Source: Candidatus Epulonipiscium sp. | GTDB taxonomy: Bacteria > Bacillota > Clostridia > Lachnospirales > Defluviitaleaceae | Length of the DNA: 64,000 bases | Direction of reading: 5' to 3' | NCBI GenBank assembly: GCA_012519205.1 | Contig: JAAYQR010000028.1 | Location: 4,411 to 68,410 of the forward strand | Shown here: in pieces, positions 10,397 through 20,090 of the stretch | Layout of the letters: every line of letters begins with the position of its first letter | How positions within the stretch are numbered: position 1 is the first letter of the stretch | Position numbers and translations under genes: made by a program | Notes under the pieces: generated by a model | Databases searched by the model: none | Told to the model about the DNA's origin: nothing | The model's input: the letters and a program-made list of their open reading frames with translations, nothing else

Positions 10397-12033
10397 TCTT
10401 CTCCCTCCAGTACTGTCTTATTAAATCGGCTTGGATCAAAGGGCTGCTTAAATCCGCTAGGGGGATACTCTTCTCCGAATCCTAAATCTTCAACTGCACC
10501 TTTTACAAGCCCCCCTTCTTCCTCTACTGCAAGGGTTACCTGCAACTTAGTCTTACCTGATGGCCTCTTTGGCAATCCCTTTATGCCTACATCCCCAATT
10601 AACTTACAATTTTCTATGGTATCTTCTTTATCTATTCTTTCTAGAATTCTAAGTTCTAGAGTTGTCATATCTTCAAGAGTTTTCCCTGATAGAGTAAATA
10701 TATGGCTTTTTTTTGCCAATGAATAGGGGGTCCCCCTTCTTATCATGGTAAAAAAAGATTTCCTTGTGCCATGATCTACTTCGAGTCCAATATCATGGGG
10801 AACTGTAACTTCAAATTCCACTTCTACCTTTTCCGCTTCTAAATCAGGGTGGGTTAACACCCCCATTTTCATAGCTGCATAATAAGTAGCACCCAAGGAG
10901 ATATCTAGAGCTGGTCTTTCTGATGTGTATATTTTATTTTCTTCATTAAATATACCTATTAGCATATCTTTTATCCAAGGCATAGTAGATGAACCCCCTT
11001 CAAGAAGTACCCTATCTATGTCGCTTGGAAGCAGTGCCCCAGTATAAGCTTCTCTTAAAGCTTTTAATACAAGTTTTCTCGTTTTTTCTATAAAGTCATG
11101 GATTAAATTTTCAAATTGCTCCCTTGTTATTTGTTCTACAAATGGCGGAATACAAAAGGTAAAAGGAATTCTAAAGCTTTTGACCCCGGATAATCTTTCT
11201 TTTGTTTCCCTTGCTCTCATTATAAGTTCTGCTTGATTTTCTGGTGTCATAGCATCCTTATTTTGTCCTGTTTTATTTTCTATATATAAATAACATTGTT
11301 TTAGGAGGACTTCGTCGATATTATCTCCCCCGTGGCGTGCTTCCCCTCCTTCGCTTATTACCTGCAGCTTGATGCGACAATCATCTTTTTCGACTACATG
11401 GAATAGAGTAATATCTAAAGTCCCTCCCCCAAAATCAAAAACCATGATTTTTTCATCCTTGGATAATTGATGTCTGAAATTATATGCTAGGGCCGCTGCC
11501 TTTGGTTCTTCTATAAGGCAAATCAACTTATCTTTCAATCCCGCTAATTCACAAGCTCTCATCGTAGCCTTTTTTGCCCCATCATCAAAATCATAAGGTA
11601 CAGAAACTACGCACCCTGCAATCTCTGCATTTGGGTTCATGTTTTTACAATGACTTATCAATTCTTTTAAAATCATTGCCGATATCTCTTCCGGAAGATA
11701 TTCTTTATCTTCTATTTGTATTTTTTCGTTGGTTCCCATTTTTCTTTTGATTGATCTTATGGTGGTTTCCGGGTAAATTTTCATAGACCTATAGGCTTCT
11801 TCTCCTATAACCCATTCCTCTTCGTCCCCTTCTTCTCCCCTATATTGAGCTACTGAAGGAAGAGGAATCTTACCAAATCCATTGCTGATGTCTATGGGCT
11901 CGGGTTTTTTGTTATTATTATCCCAGTAACTTATTACTGAGTTGGTTGTCCCTAGGTCTATTCCTAGGATATACCATTCTTCGGGGAGATCTTTTTGTTC
12001 TTCGATTTGTTTCTTGTATTCTTCCCAGTTCAT
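10393..12033 (-). CDS. Hsp70-family ATPase without lid; DUF5716-like C-terminus
   Basis: GIDLGTTNS, SIKRKMG, EEPKAAA, DFGGGTLD, HGGDNID, LEGGSS. C-terminal GLPKRP...EDLGFGEEYP. Confidence 0.88.
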   Translation of the reverse strand: MNWEEYKKQIEEQKDLPEEWYILGIDLGTTNSVISYWDNNNKKPEPIDISNGFGKIPLPSVAQYRGEEGDEEEWVIGEEAYRSMKIYPETTIRSIKRKMGTNEKIQIEDKEYLPEEISAMILKELISHCKNMNPNAEIAGCVVSVPYDFDDGAKKATMRACELAGLKDKLICLIEEPKAAALAYNFRHQLSKDEKIMVFDFGGGTLDITLFHVVEKDDCRIKLQVISEGGEARHGGDNIDEVLLKQCYLYIENKTGQNKDAMTPENQAELIMRARETKERLSGVKSFRIPFTFCIPPFVEQITREQFENLIHDFIEKTRKLVLKALREAYTGALLPSDIDRVLLEGGSSTMPWIKDMLIGIFNEENKIYTSERPALDISLGATYYAAMKMGVLTHPDLEAEKVEVEFEVTVPHDIGLEVDHGTRKSFFTMIRRGTPYSLAKKSHIFTLSGKTLEDMTTLELRILERIDKEDTIENCKLIGDVGIKGLPKRPSGKTKLQVTLAVEEEGGLVKGAVEDLGFGEEYPPSGFKQPFDPSRFNKTVLEGEE

Positions 12034-12154
12034 TATTTCACTCCTTTTACATGGATAGATAGTTATGGGATTCCATGCGGATTTTGTGGTTTATAATGTT
12101 AAATTAGTTGAGGTGATTATGCAAGAATGGTGGTGGCTATATTAGGTATTTATG

Positions 12155-13726
12155 TTATAGTTGGATAATTGCAGTTTGGGTATAATCTGTGGCGGGAAAC
12201 ATTTCTCCGAATCCACAGTCCTTTATGATTACCTCTATTTGGTCATATTGTCTAAATCCTAAGGTAAATTTTAGCCTTAGGGTTCTTGAAGGTCTATCGG
12301 GTAAGCCTTCAAGGTTTATGGTATGTAGGGGTGTTATCTCCCCCCTATCATTTCTTTTGTATACAGGTATACATAATGTGTTTTCCGTTTCCCCATCCAA
12401 TATAAATATTTTTGGTTTGGGTTTTTGCCACCAAAACGTATTTTTTTCTATTAGGGGTATGAAACAAGGTGCCTTTCTAAAGGCTCCATTAATCCCTATA
12501 TCCCAGGTTAACCTATGGTAATCTGTTAATTTAATCATTGTCTCAGGAATGATTCCCAAGTAAGAAGCGGCACCTATACATGCCCCTAGTGCTACCGTCC
12601 CTTCTGCTTCTTTTGGGTATATGATGGAACTTCCTAGAAATTCGTTTTCTAAAAGTTCCTTCATCCAGCTCATTTCAAAGCCGCCCCCAACGGCTATTAT
12701 TTTGTGTATTTCATTTTTATCGATTACTCCGTTGATTGTTTTATTTAACAATTTAGAAATAAATTCTTTAATACTTTGTGAAAATGGCTCTATGAGCCTA
12801 TCCATATCCTCAATAGTAACGGACTTTTGGAAGGCAGGATATACAAAGTTAAAATATAGTTTTGTTGTTTTTTTCTTATAATAGTTTTGGAATAATAACC
12901 CTTTATTTTGATATGCAAAGACCTCAATTTGGTGGAGAATTTCATCACTAATCCTATGTTGAGTTAGCCCTGTTTCTTCACAATAAAAATTAACAAATAA
13001 CTTTTTTAATAGTTTATCAAGTTTTCTTCCTCCCAAGGTTGAATCAAATAAATAAGATAATGTCTCCGCATTAACACTCCCTTCATTGGAAGGATTAACC
13101 CTAATAAGTCCTCCCCGTATCTGTTCTCCCCCATAATCGATAAATAAAACCTTTTCTTCACTGTTTAGAGAACGCTCAAAATACAAATATCTTAAAATAC
13201 ATTCTCTATAACCCATTAGATTTATTAAGGCCTTACTAAGCCCTGCAATTGAAAAAGCTCTTTCTAATTCTTCCCTAGCACTTTCCGAAAAATAATCCGG
13301 TACTGCGGCTATAACCCCTACTATATCTGCATTGGGGTTTAGGTTCTTACACATATCTATTATTTCTTTAATGTATCTACTAAGGAGGTTTGGTATATTC
13401 ATGGGTTTACCACTAATATTTATAAGTTCCTTAGTTCCTAATTTTGATAAGATATTATGAATTGTGATATCATCAAAATATCCCCTATTAAGTAGGGCAT
13501 ATTCACCATAGACCCATTCCCTATTTTCTGGAATGTATTGCATAACCGTTGGTATGGAGGGATTCCCATAACCACCACTCATATCGATTAATTCTGCCTG
13601 CTTCCTATTAACATTCCAAATGGCTATTTTGGTTGCTTTGCTTCCTATATCTATTCCTAGTATGAATTTTGTTTCGTCATTAAAGTCCATTGATGAAATT
13701 TGTTTTTTGAATATTTTCCAGCTCAT
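12155..13726 (-). CDS. Degenerate Hsp70-fold protein (probable pseudo-ATPase), DUF5716-like
   Basis: GIDIGSKAT, AVPDYF, IDYGGEQI, LGGRKLD, AVGGGF, VALGA. C-terminal LEGLPDRP...KDCGFGEMFP, as remembered for DUF5716. Confidence 0.78.
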   Translation of the reverse strand: MSWKIFKKQISSMDFNDETKFILGIDIGSKATKIAIWNVNRKQAELIDMSGGYGNPSIPTVMQYIPENREWVYGEYALLNRGYFDDITIHNILSKLGTKELINISGKPMNIPNLLSRYIKEIIDMCKNLNPNADIVGVIAAVPDYFSESAREELERAFSIAGLSKALINLMGYRECILRYLYFERSLNSEEKVLFIDYGGEQIRGGLIRVNPSNEGSVNAETLSYLFDSTLGGRKLDKLLKKLFVNFYCEETGLTQHRISDEILHQIEVFAYQNKGLLFQNYYKKKTTKLYFNFVYPAFQKSVTIEDMDRLIEPFSQSIKEFISKLLNKTINGVIDKNEIHKIIAVGGGFEMSWMKELLENEFLGSSIIYPKEAEGTVALGACIGAASYLGIIPETMIKLTDYHRLTWDIGINGAFRKAPCFIPLIEKNTFWWQKPKPKIFILDGETENTLCIPVYKRNDRGEITPLHTINLEGLPDRPSRTLRLKFTLGFRQYDQIEVIIKDCGFGEMFPATDYTQTAIIQL

Positions 13727-13742
13727 AGCTTCTCATCCTCAC

Positions 13743-15665
13743 CTATTTGCCTGCAACTACATTGGCTTTTAATACGATTTGATTGTTATATTTATATCCC
13801 CTGTTCATGGTCTTGATGATTTCACCCTTTTCAAATCCTTCTTTTACTTCAGCCATCAGAACTTCATGTTCTTTCCCATTAAATTTTTCATGGGTCTTAG
13901 GGTTTATAAATTCAACTTTAAATTCCTCTAGCAGGTTTTCTAGTTTTAGGGTAAGGGCATCAATATTTTCTACATAAGAAGCTACTACCTCTTCATTTTC
14001 ATTTCTAAGTCTAGATACCGAATAGTTTATTATTTCTTCATAGGTGCTCATTTCAAAAAACAGATGCTCCCTAAGATACTTTATCATTTTTTTATTAGCT
14101 TCATTTTTAATTTTTTCTACTTTTCTTCCTAGCCTTTCCATAAGGGCATCATAGCCCTCTTTGATTTCATTATCTAAAAATGCTCCTTTTTGTGTTAGAA
14201 CATCCTCTATAGGGGTATCATACTTGCTAATAAATTTATTGTATATTTCTAAGTCGATTTTTTCGTATTCTTTTTCTATCACAATAGGATCCAACTCTTT
14301 TTTTACATATTCCTCAAATTGATTGATTGTACTCTGGTATAACTCTAGGCTTTCCCTTAGGCTTTCAATTTTTATAGAAATTGTTTCAGAGATTCCTTCT
14401 ATTATAGGGGTATACTCAGCTTCTTCCGGTATATCCTTGTATAATTCCTGATTTTTATTAAACTCTAGAAAAAAATCTACTATTCTTTCTCCGGCTTCTT
14501 TGTTTATATATAAATTTTCGACTATTTCCTTTAGTAGAGCCCCTGGGTTGAACTTTTCTATATATATCTTTAAAAGTTCCTCCTTCAAGGAGCCCCATTT
14601 TTCGGTAAAGTCATTAAAATTATCAATAAACTCTAAGGGCTCTTCGGTTTTGAGCCTAAGCTTCTTTCTTACGGTGATGTCATTAATATACAATCTCATT
14701 CCTTGAAACTTCAGGTAGTTTTCAAATCCCTCTTTATCAAGTAATATTATTTTGTTAGGCTCTTTTTCTGCCTCTTTAAAGAAATCCTCTAACTCTTCGA
14801 TTTCTTTTCCTAAATGCTGATAGGCCTCCCTTATGGTATGTAGAATTTCTTGGATTATTTGCTGTTCACTACTTTCGTACTGCTCTATTTTCATTTCTTC
14901 TTCCAAGGCATTCACTTGAATCTTAATAATTGCCTCCACATTATCTTTTTCTTGTTTTATGGATTCATAGTAAAAATTGGCAGCCTTTCTTAAATGAAAA
15001 TCGTTAAGCCTTTTTATACCCTTCTCTGACCTTTTTGTATAACATTTATAAAGAGGTTCACTCATTTCTTCAATCAATAAGAGATATAATTCTCTTATGA
15101 ATTCTAGTTGTGAATCTTCACCTTTATAGATGTCCATTAATCTATTTCTTGAATTTATTAAAGTTGGGCCTATTTTATAATTAAGCCATAGCTTTTCCAG
15201 TTCATCTAACTGATTTAAGATATTTATCTTTTGTTCTGTAACAAATTTATCCTTTTCTATTTTAATTGGATTGATATTAGCCTTAGGGTCGGCTATTCCC
15301 TGATTTGCCAGCTGGCTTTCTTTAAATTGCTTAAGCTGCGACAAAAGTACGGTGCATATTCCAATCAATATTTCTTTTGCTTTTCCCGTTTTTATGTTTT
15401 CCTCATTATCATAAAATAAGTAGATTGTCCTTTGATAATGATGCATTAAGTGATCAAAGTATTCAAATATCCGCTCATCATATTTGGATAATTTATTTTC
15501 CTCAGTAAGATGATTAAGTATTCTAAGCATTACCTTCATTTTGATATGAAAAAAACATCCCTTTATACTTTGTTCAGTAAATTCATCGAAAGCCTGAAGG
15601 GTTTTTCTCCAGGCTTCGATTAATTCCTTTGACTTTAGCAAAATAGGGGGATACTCCTTAAACAT
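13743..15665 (-). CDS. Large helical protein with a C-terminal GrpE (nucleotide exchange factor) domain
   Basis: The C-terminal KFNGKEHEVL...GEIIKTMNRGYKYNNQIVLKANVV matches the GrpE beta-domain pattern. The preceding ~560 aa are E/K/L-rich and helical. Confidence 0.8.
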   Translation of the reverse strand: MFKEYPPILLKSKELIEAWRKTLQAFDEFTEQSIKGCFFHIKMKVMLRILNHLTEENKLSKYDERIFEYFDHLMHHYQRTIYLFYDNEENIKTGKAKEILIGICTVLLSQLKQFKESQLANQGIADPKANINPIKIEKDKFVTEQKINILNQLDELEKLWLNYKIGPTLINSRNRLMDIYKGEDSQLEFIRELYLLLIEEMSEPLYKCYTKRSEKGIKRLNDFHLRKAANFYYESIKQEKDNVEAIIKIQVNALEEEMKIEQYESSEQQIIQEILHTIREAYQHLGKEIEELEDFFKEAEKEPNKIILLDKEGFENYLKFQGMRLYINDITVRKKLRLKTEEPLEFIDNFNDFTEKWGSLKEELLKIYIEKFNPGALLKEIVENLYINKEAGERIVDFFLEFNKNQELYKDIPEEAEYTPIIEGISETISIKIESLRESLELYQSTINQFEEYVKKELDPIVIEKEYEKIDLEIYNKFISKYDTPIEDVLTQKGAFLDNEIKEGYDALMERLGRKVEKIKNEANKKMIKYLREHLFFEMSTYEEIINYSVSRLRNENEEVVASYVENIDALTLKLENLLEEFKVEFINPKTHEKFNGKEHEVLMAEVKEGFEKGEIIKTMNRGYKYNNQIVLKANVVAGK

Positions 15666-15692
15666 ATAAATCCTCCTCTTACTATCATGACT

Positions 15693-17378
15693 TTAGTATA
15701 AGTCGTCTACAGATAGCTCCGTCTCTACTCCACTAGTACTCATGCTTTTAGCCATTACCTTAAGCATATTGTCCTGTCCTATATGAAAGATTACTTTTAC
15801 CTTTTCTTCTCCCTTTGCCTTAGACGGGATACCCCTTAGGCTCGTTCCTGCAAGGCGTTTCATACCATCTTCCATTACATAGGAAGCTTTCTTTTCTTCA
15901 CTAGAGGGTCTCATGTTTTCATAAACAACTATTGCCATACTGGTTACATTGTCAAAATTAGTAACCAAAAGTTCCGCCGCCTCTATAGTAAGACCCTCCT
16001 CAGGAATATCTACACCACTTTTTACAATCTCCATAAATCTTCTACCTGATATTTCGAGCCCTAAAGGGTGAATGGTCTTTTCTTGAACAATAGGTCCCTT
16101 TACCGTAGGCATCATAATCATATTGCAGTAATGGGCTGCCCCTTGAGAAATACTTAGGGCGGGACTAATTTTTGATTTAAAGGGTTCTTTTCCAAACTTT
16201 TCTTTTATTTTCTCCCTTATTCTAGGAATCGCAGAGGAACCTCCCACTAAGAATGTTTCATCAATATCTCTAGCTTCTAAGGAGGCAGCTCTTAGACATT
16301 CATCAATACACTCAATACTTCTTTCTATTAAGTCTTCTACCGATTTCCCTTCTAGTTTACTAAATACTTCATCGGAATCCCCTAACTGGTTGATTCTTTT
16401 ATGGTTTAAAAAGGCATCCTTTGTAATTTCCATATTGATATTAATAATTTTAGGTTCCTGGATAAATGGAGCTAAAACAACTTTGGTGGATTTAGCCGAT
16501 GAAAGTCTTTCCTTAGCTTGGTTAGCTACTTGGGCAAGGCGAACTAAAGCTGTTGTTTTTTGCCGTTTTGATGCACCATCATCAGCGTTTAAATCAAATA
16601 GATTAATTTCCTCATTAGTCATTTTTTTAAATTCTTCATAAACCATATCTATTATTATTTTATCTACGTCATTTCCACCTAGATAATTGTCACCAAAGGT
16701 ACTTAGTATAGATATAGAGGGTTCATCGGTATCTGTCATCCTTATATCCAGAACACAAGCATCAAAGGTTCCGCCCCCAAAATCATAAACCAATACCTTT
16801 TTATTTTTTCTTTCGTTGACTGCATATGAAATTGCTGCAGCTGCCGGTTCTAATCTAAGGTATATGTTATCTTCATCAAAACCTGCTAGTTTTGCGGCTT
16901 CTTTTGTCATTTTCTTTTGTTTATCCGTTGAATTGGCAGGAACGGTTATTACGCAGCCTGAGAATTCTCCTGCTATATTTAGTTCCTCTTGAGCATATTC
17001 ATCAGCTTTTTGCTTAAGATACCCTAATATCTCCCCAGTCACCTGCTCGGGAGTAAATTCATACTCTTTATCATCTACCACTATTTTTACTTTTTCTTCA
17101 CTTCCTAGAAGGCGCTTTATCGATAAAACTGTACTTTGCGGATAAATTATAGCTGCTTCTTTTGCCTGTATCCCAAAAATCCTAGATAGTTTATCAGGAT
17201 CATCGGGATCCGTTTCGAATTGTACCGCCGTTGGGAAAACATTGCTTCCATCAATGGGTATGGTTTGTACTTGTCCTTCTTTAAAGTCATACACACTTAC
17301 TACTGAGTTTGTTGTTCCAAAGTCGATTCCTAAAAACAATCCTCTTTCTACATCTAATCCTAGTGTTCCCACAAGCAA
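15693..17378 (-). CDS. Hsp70-family ATPase with SBD-beta but no lid
   Basis: GIDFGTTNS, SIKRLLG, ITVPA, LEPAAAA, DFGGGTFD, LGGNDVD, LVGGSSAIP; GIPSKAKGEEKVKVIFHIGQDNMLKV resembles the DnaK SBD. True start is possibly GTG at 17372. Confidence 0.9.
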   Translation of the reverse strand: MLVGTLGLDVERGLFLGIDFGTTNSVVSVYDFKEGQVQTIPIDGSNVFPTAVQFETDPDDPDKLSRIFGIQAKEAAIIYPQSTVLSIKRLLGSEEKVKIVVDDKEYEFTPEQVTGEILGYLKQKADEYAQEELNIAGEFSGCVITVPANSTDKQKKMTKEAAKLAGFDEDNIYLRLEPAAAAISYAVNERKNKKVLVYDFGGGTFDACVLDIRMTDTDEPSISILSTFGDNYLGGNDVDKIIIDMVYEEFKKMTNEEINLFDLNADDGASKRQKTTALVRLAQVANQAKERLSSAKSTKVVLAPFIQEPKIININMEITKDAFLNHKRINQLGDSDEVFSKLEGKSVEDLIERSIECIDECLRAASLEARDIDETFLVGGSSAIPRIREKIKEKFGKEPFKSKISPALSISQGAAHYCNMIMMPTVKGPIVQEKTIHPLGLEISGRRFMEIVKSGVDIPEEGLTIEAAELLVTNFDNVTSMAIVVYENMRPSSEEKKASYVMEDGMKRLAGTSLRGIPSKAKGEEKVKVIFHIGQDNMLKVMAKSMSTSGVETELSVDDLY

Positions 17379-17387
17379 TTCCTCCTT

Positions 17388-20090
17388 TTATAATAACCAC
17401 CCTACATTATTCTTTTGGTTCTCGCAAATCATTTCATCAAGTATTGACTCAACCTTATCAAATTCTAAATCATGGCTATAAATACTCGCATTGTTTAATT
17501 TTTCGTAAACCTCTTTTGGATTGCCCCTTAGTTTTTTGCAGTTATGGTTATACATTTTGACTTCCGTAAGGATAATATTGTCTTCCTTATCGATTTCTTC
17601 AATATAGTATTCCATACTTTCATTAAAAAACAAAGAAACACAAATTCCATATAAGCCAAAAGCTATAGGATACATTTTCTTTTTATTCAAGGGAAAACCT
17701 TGAATTTTATAACAAAAATAGACTTCCTTCCCCTTCTTAGTATAATGGGTAAAGGGGGTATTCTGTTCTACATACGAAAAATACGGAAATTTGTCTTGTT
17801 TTTCTTTAATAATTGGAAAAATAAATTGATTTCTTTTCATCCATTTAAAAATGGGTAGTATTGTTTCATTTTTTATTTCTATATTCATTGGGATATTTGC
17901 GTAAATATGAATAAGAGATGATCCTAATAGCATATCTTGAGTAAGTTCAAAGTTTTTTTCTAGTTTTTCTAGGGTTTTTGGTGTAACCATCTTCCCATTT
18001 ATCAAAATTTCATAGCTGCAATATAGGATAAAGTCATTTGCCATGGTGGGTTCTTTTTCATATATGTTTTGAAAAGCTTCTTCTAGTTCTTCATTCAAAT
18101 CTCTAATCCAAATCCCCTTTTGCAATATTTTTTTATCTATATCGTAGGTTGGCTTTTCTAGGAGTTTTATCATATGCCTTAAGGCATACCATTCTCCCAT
18201 ACTTCCTTTATAATTCTTAAGAACATAATCTAAAATAACTTCATCGTATTTTCTTTCTAAAATAAGATTATATGCAATCCCTGCAATATATGAATTCTCT
18301 ATGTTTAACTCTATTCCCTTTTTTACTAGTTTAAACTTTGTATCATCCCCTAATGAATCCGAGCCTTGCGCCCAAAATATTGCCTTAGTTACATCTCCCC
18401 CTTCTATTAACGCATTTATTCCGTATTCTATCTGATACGGGTATAAATCCTGTAAATCTAGAGGTTTAAAGTATGGGAATGCCTTTTCTTGTTCTTTATT
18501 AAAACTATAAAGTGTTCCTAAGGAAGCTGATATTTTTTTCCTGAAGGTATCGGACAATGCGCTATTTTCTAAGCATTCCCCCATTATCCTTACAGCCTTT
18601 ATCAAAGATAGATTTCCCATGTTTTTTGGCATTTCATTTATAAAGTATTTAGTAAGTCTAATTAGAAGGCTTGCACTCCTATAGCCTTCATCATAATACT
18701 TTAATAATAAATCTACGGGCACATCTTTAACTAATTTATTCACCCGTATTAAGTCTTTAGGATAAATGCCCTTCTGCCTCTGACCTATACAAAGAATAGT
18801 CAGCTCATCTTTTTCATGGGCAACTGCTTCTATATAAAGTATCTTTTTATCGACTATATATGTAGCCGTTGTTTCTTTTTCGCTTTCGATAACCCATATA
18901 TATTTAATTAAGGGAGATTCTACATAGACTTCATATGTAAAAAGCTGCTCAAATATTGCTTTTTTAAATAAGTTATCGTTTTCGTTTTTCTCTAGTAATC
19001 GCATATATATATCAATATAGTATTTTCCTTGTTTGTTTGCTCTTAAGGCATTTTCCCCAAAGGCAAGAATCTTATTGTAATGAATTTGAAAAAGCATCCT
19101 ATGCTGCTCATCCTTGCATAAGATTGAGTATATATAGGCAGTTAGAGATTCATTAAATTGCTCCTTAAGCATTGCTGATTGTAAAATTGATGTAGGAATT
19201 TTTACCATATCTAGCTTATGAGCTGTTTCTATATATGCCAAATGAACTCCCTTAACATAAAATTTTAAATCTATTATTGCCTCAAATACCTTAAAGGCTT
19301 CCTTATCCCTCTTATTTTCTTTTATATAGGTTGCACATAATAGTACCAAGGCCTCGCTAATACCCCATCTATTATACATTTTTTCTATATAGTCCTTGGG
19401 AATATTGAGGCTTTCTTGATTTTGATTTGCCCAGCTTATAAATAACTTTGCATTTTCCTTATCCAAAACCTCATATTTTATTGCCCATATAAAAACAGCC
19501 CTGACCATATCCTTCATATTATAAAAATAAGTGAAATCAAGACAAAGCAACCGGTATACCTCTGAATATAAAAACGGGCTCCTTAAACCATTTAGAAAAG
19601 CCTTGTCATAATAATAGGCTTGGGTTTTTTCTTCATTAAAAAATTCTCTTTCTATCATGGCTTTTATAAAAAATAATATTCCGCTATTTTCTTCTTCTAA
19701 GCAATCATCAAATATCTTAAGAGACCTTTGTACAAACATATGTCTACCTTTATAATAATCTATCAATGCCTTAAAATAATATAGGATTGCCAAAATGGTT
19801 TTGTCGGTATCATGGTAATATTTTTTGTATTTGAGTAAAGCCTTAAGGGACTTATATGCCTCATCATATCTTTCTAGTTTTATTTTTAACCAAATAAGAC
19901 TTAAAGCAATCCTTATCTCTATTGGATTTTGTCTATTAAGTTCAGATACCAATAGTATCGAATCGTTATATTTCCCCATAAGTCCATAGCTTACTGCATT
20001 AAATAGTCTTACACGATAGGCGATACGATTTTGATTGGATTTGTCTTCCCACTTATCCATTAATGTCTGCATATATCCATTCATTTTCAT
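17388..20090 (-). CDS. Large helical-repeat protein, DUF5717-like (C-terminal part)
   Basis: TPR-like N-terminus, GLRSPFLYSE motif, C-terminal beta domain (FGLYGICVSLFFNESMEYYIEE). Family assignment from memory. Confidence 0.62.
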   Translation of the reverse strand: MKMNGYMQTLMDKWEDKSNQNRIAYRVRLFNAVSYGLMGKYNDSILLVSELNRQNPIEIRIALSLIWLKIKLERYDEAYKSLKALLKYKKYYHDTDKTILAILYYFKALIDYYKGRHMFVQRSLKIFDDCLEEENSGILFFIKAMIEREFFNEEKTQAYYYDKAFLNGLRSPFLYSEVYRLLCLDFTYFYNMKDMVRAVFIWAIKYEVLDKENAKLFISWANQNQESLNIPKDYIEKMYNRWGISEALVLLCATYIKENKRDKEAFKVFEAIIDLKFYVKGVHLAYIETAHKLDMVKIPTSILQSAMLKEQFNESLTAYIYSILCKDEQHRMLFQIHYNKILAFGENALRANKQGKYYIDIYMRLLEKNENDNLFKKAIFEQLFTYEVYVESPLIKYIWVIESEKETTATYIVDKKILYIEAVAHEKDELTILCIGQRQKGIYPKDLIRVNKLVKDVPVDLLLKYYDEGYRSASLLIRLTKYFINEMPKNMGNLSLIKAVRIMGECLENSALSDTFRKKISASLGTLYSFNKEQEKAFPYFKPLDLQDLYPYQIEYGINALIEGGDVTKAIFWAQGSDSLGDDTKFKLVKKGIELNIENSYIAGIAYNLILERKYDEVILDYVLKNYKGSMGEWYALRHMIKLLEKPTYDIDKKILQKGIWIRDLNEELEEAFQNIYEKEPTMANDFILYCSYEILINGKMVTPKTLEKLEKNFELTQDMLLGSSLIHIYANIPMNIEIKNETILPIFKWMKRNQFIFPIIKEKQDKFPYFSYVEQNTPFTHYTKKGKEVYFCYKIQGFPLNKKKMYPIAFGLYGICVSLFFNESMEYYIEEIDKEDNIILTEVKMYNHNCKKLRGNPKEVYEKLNNASIYSHDLEFDKVESILDEMICENQKNNVGWLL

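Noticed and set aside
8318..17378. Calling the Hsp70 genes dnaK and the GrpE fusion grpE (housekeeping heat-shock operon)
   Set aside because: No hrcA, dnaJ or CIRCE; no lids or DVLLLD linkers; four divergent paralogs.
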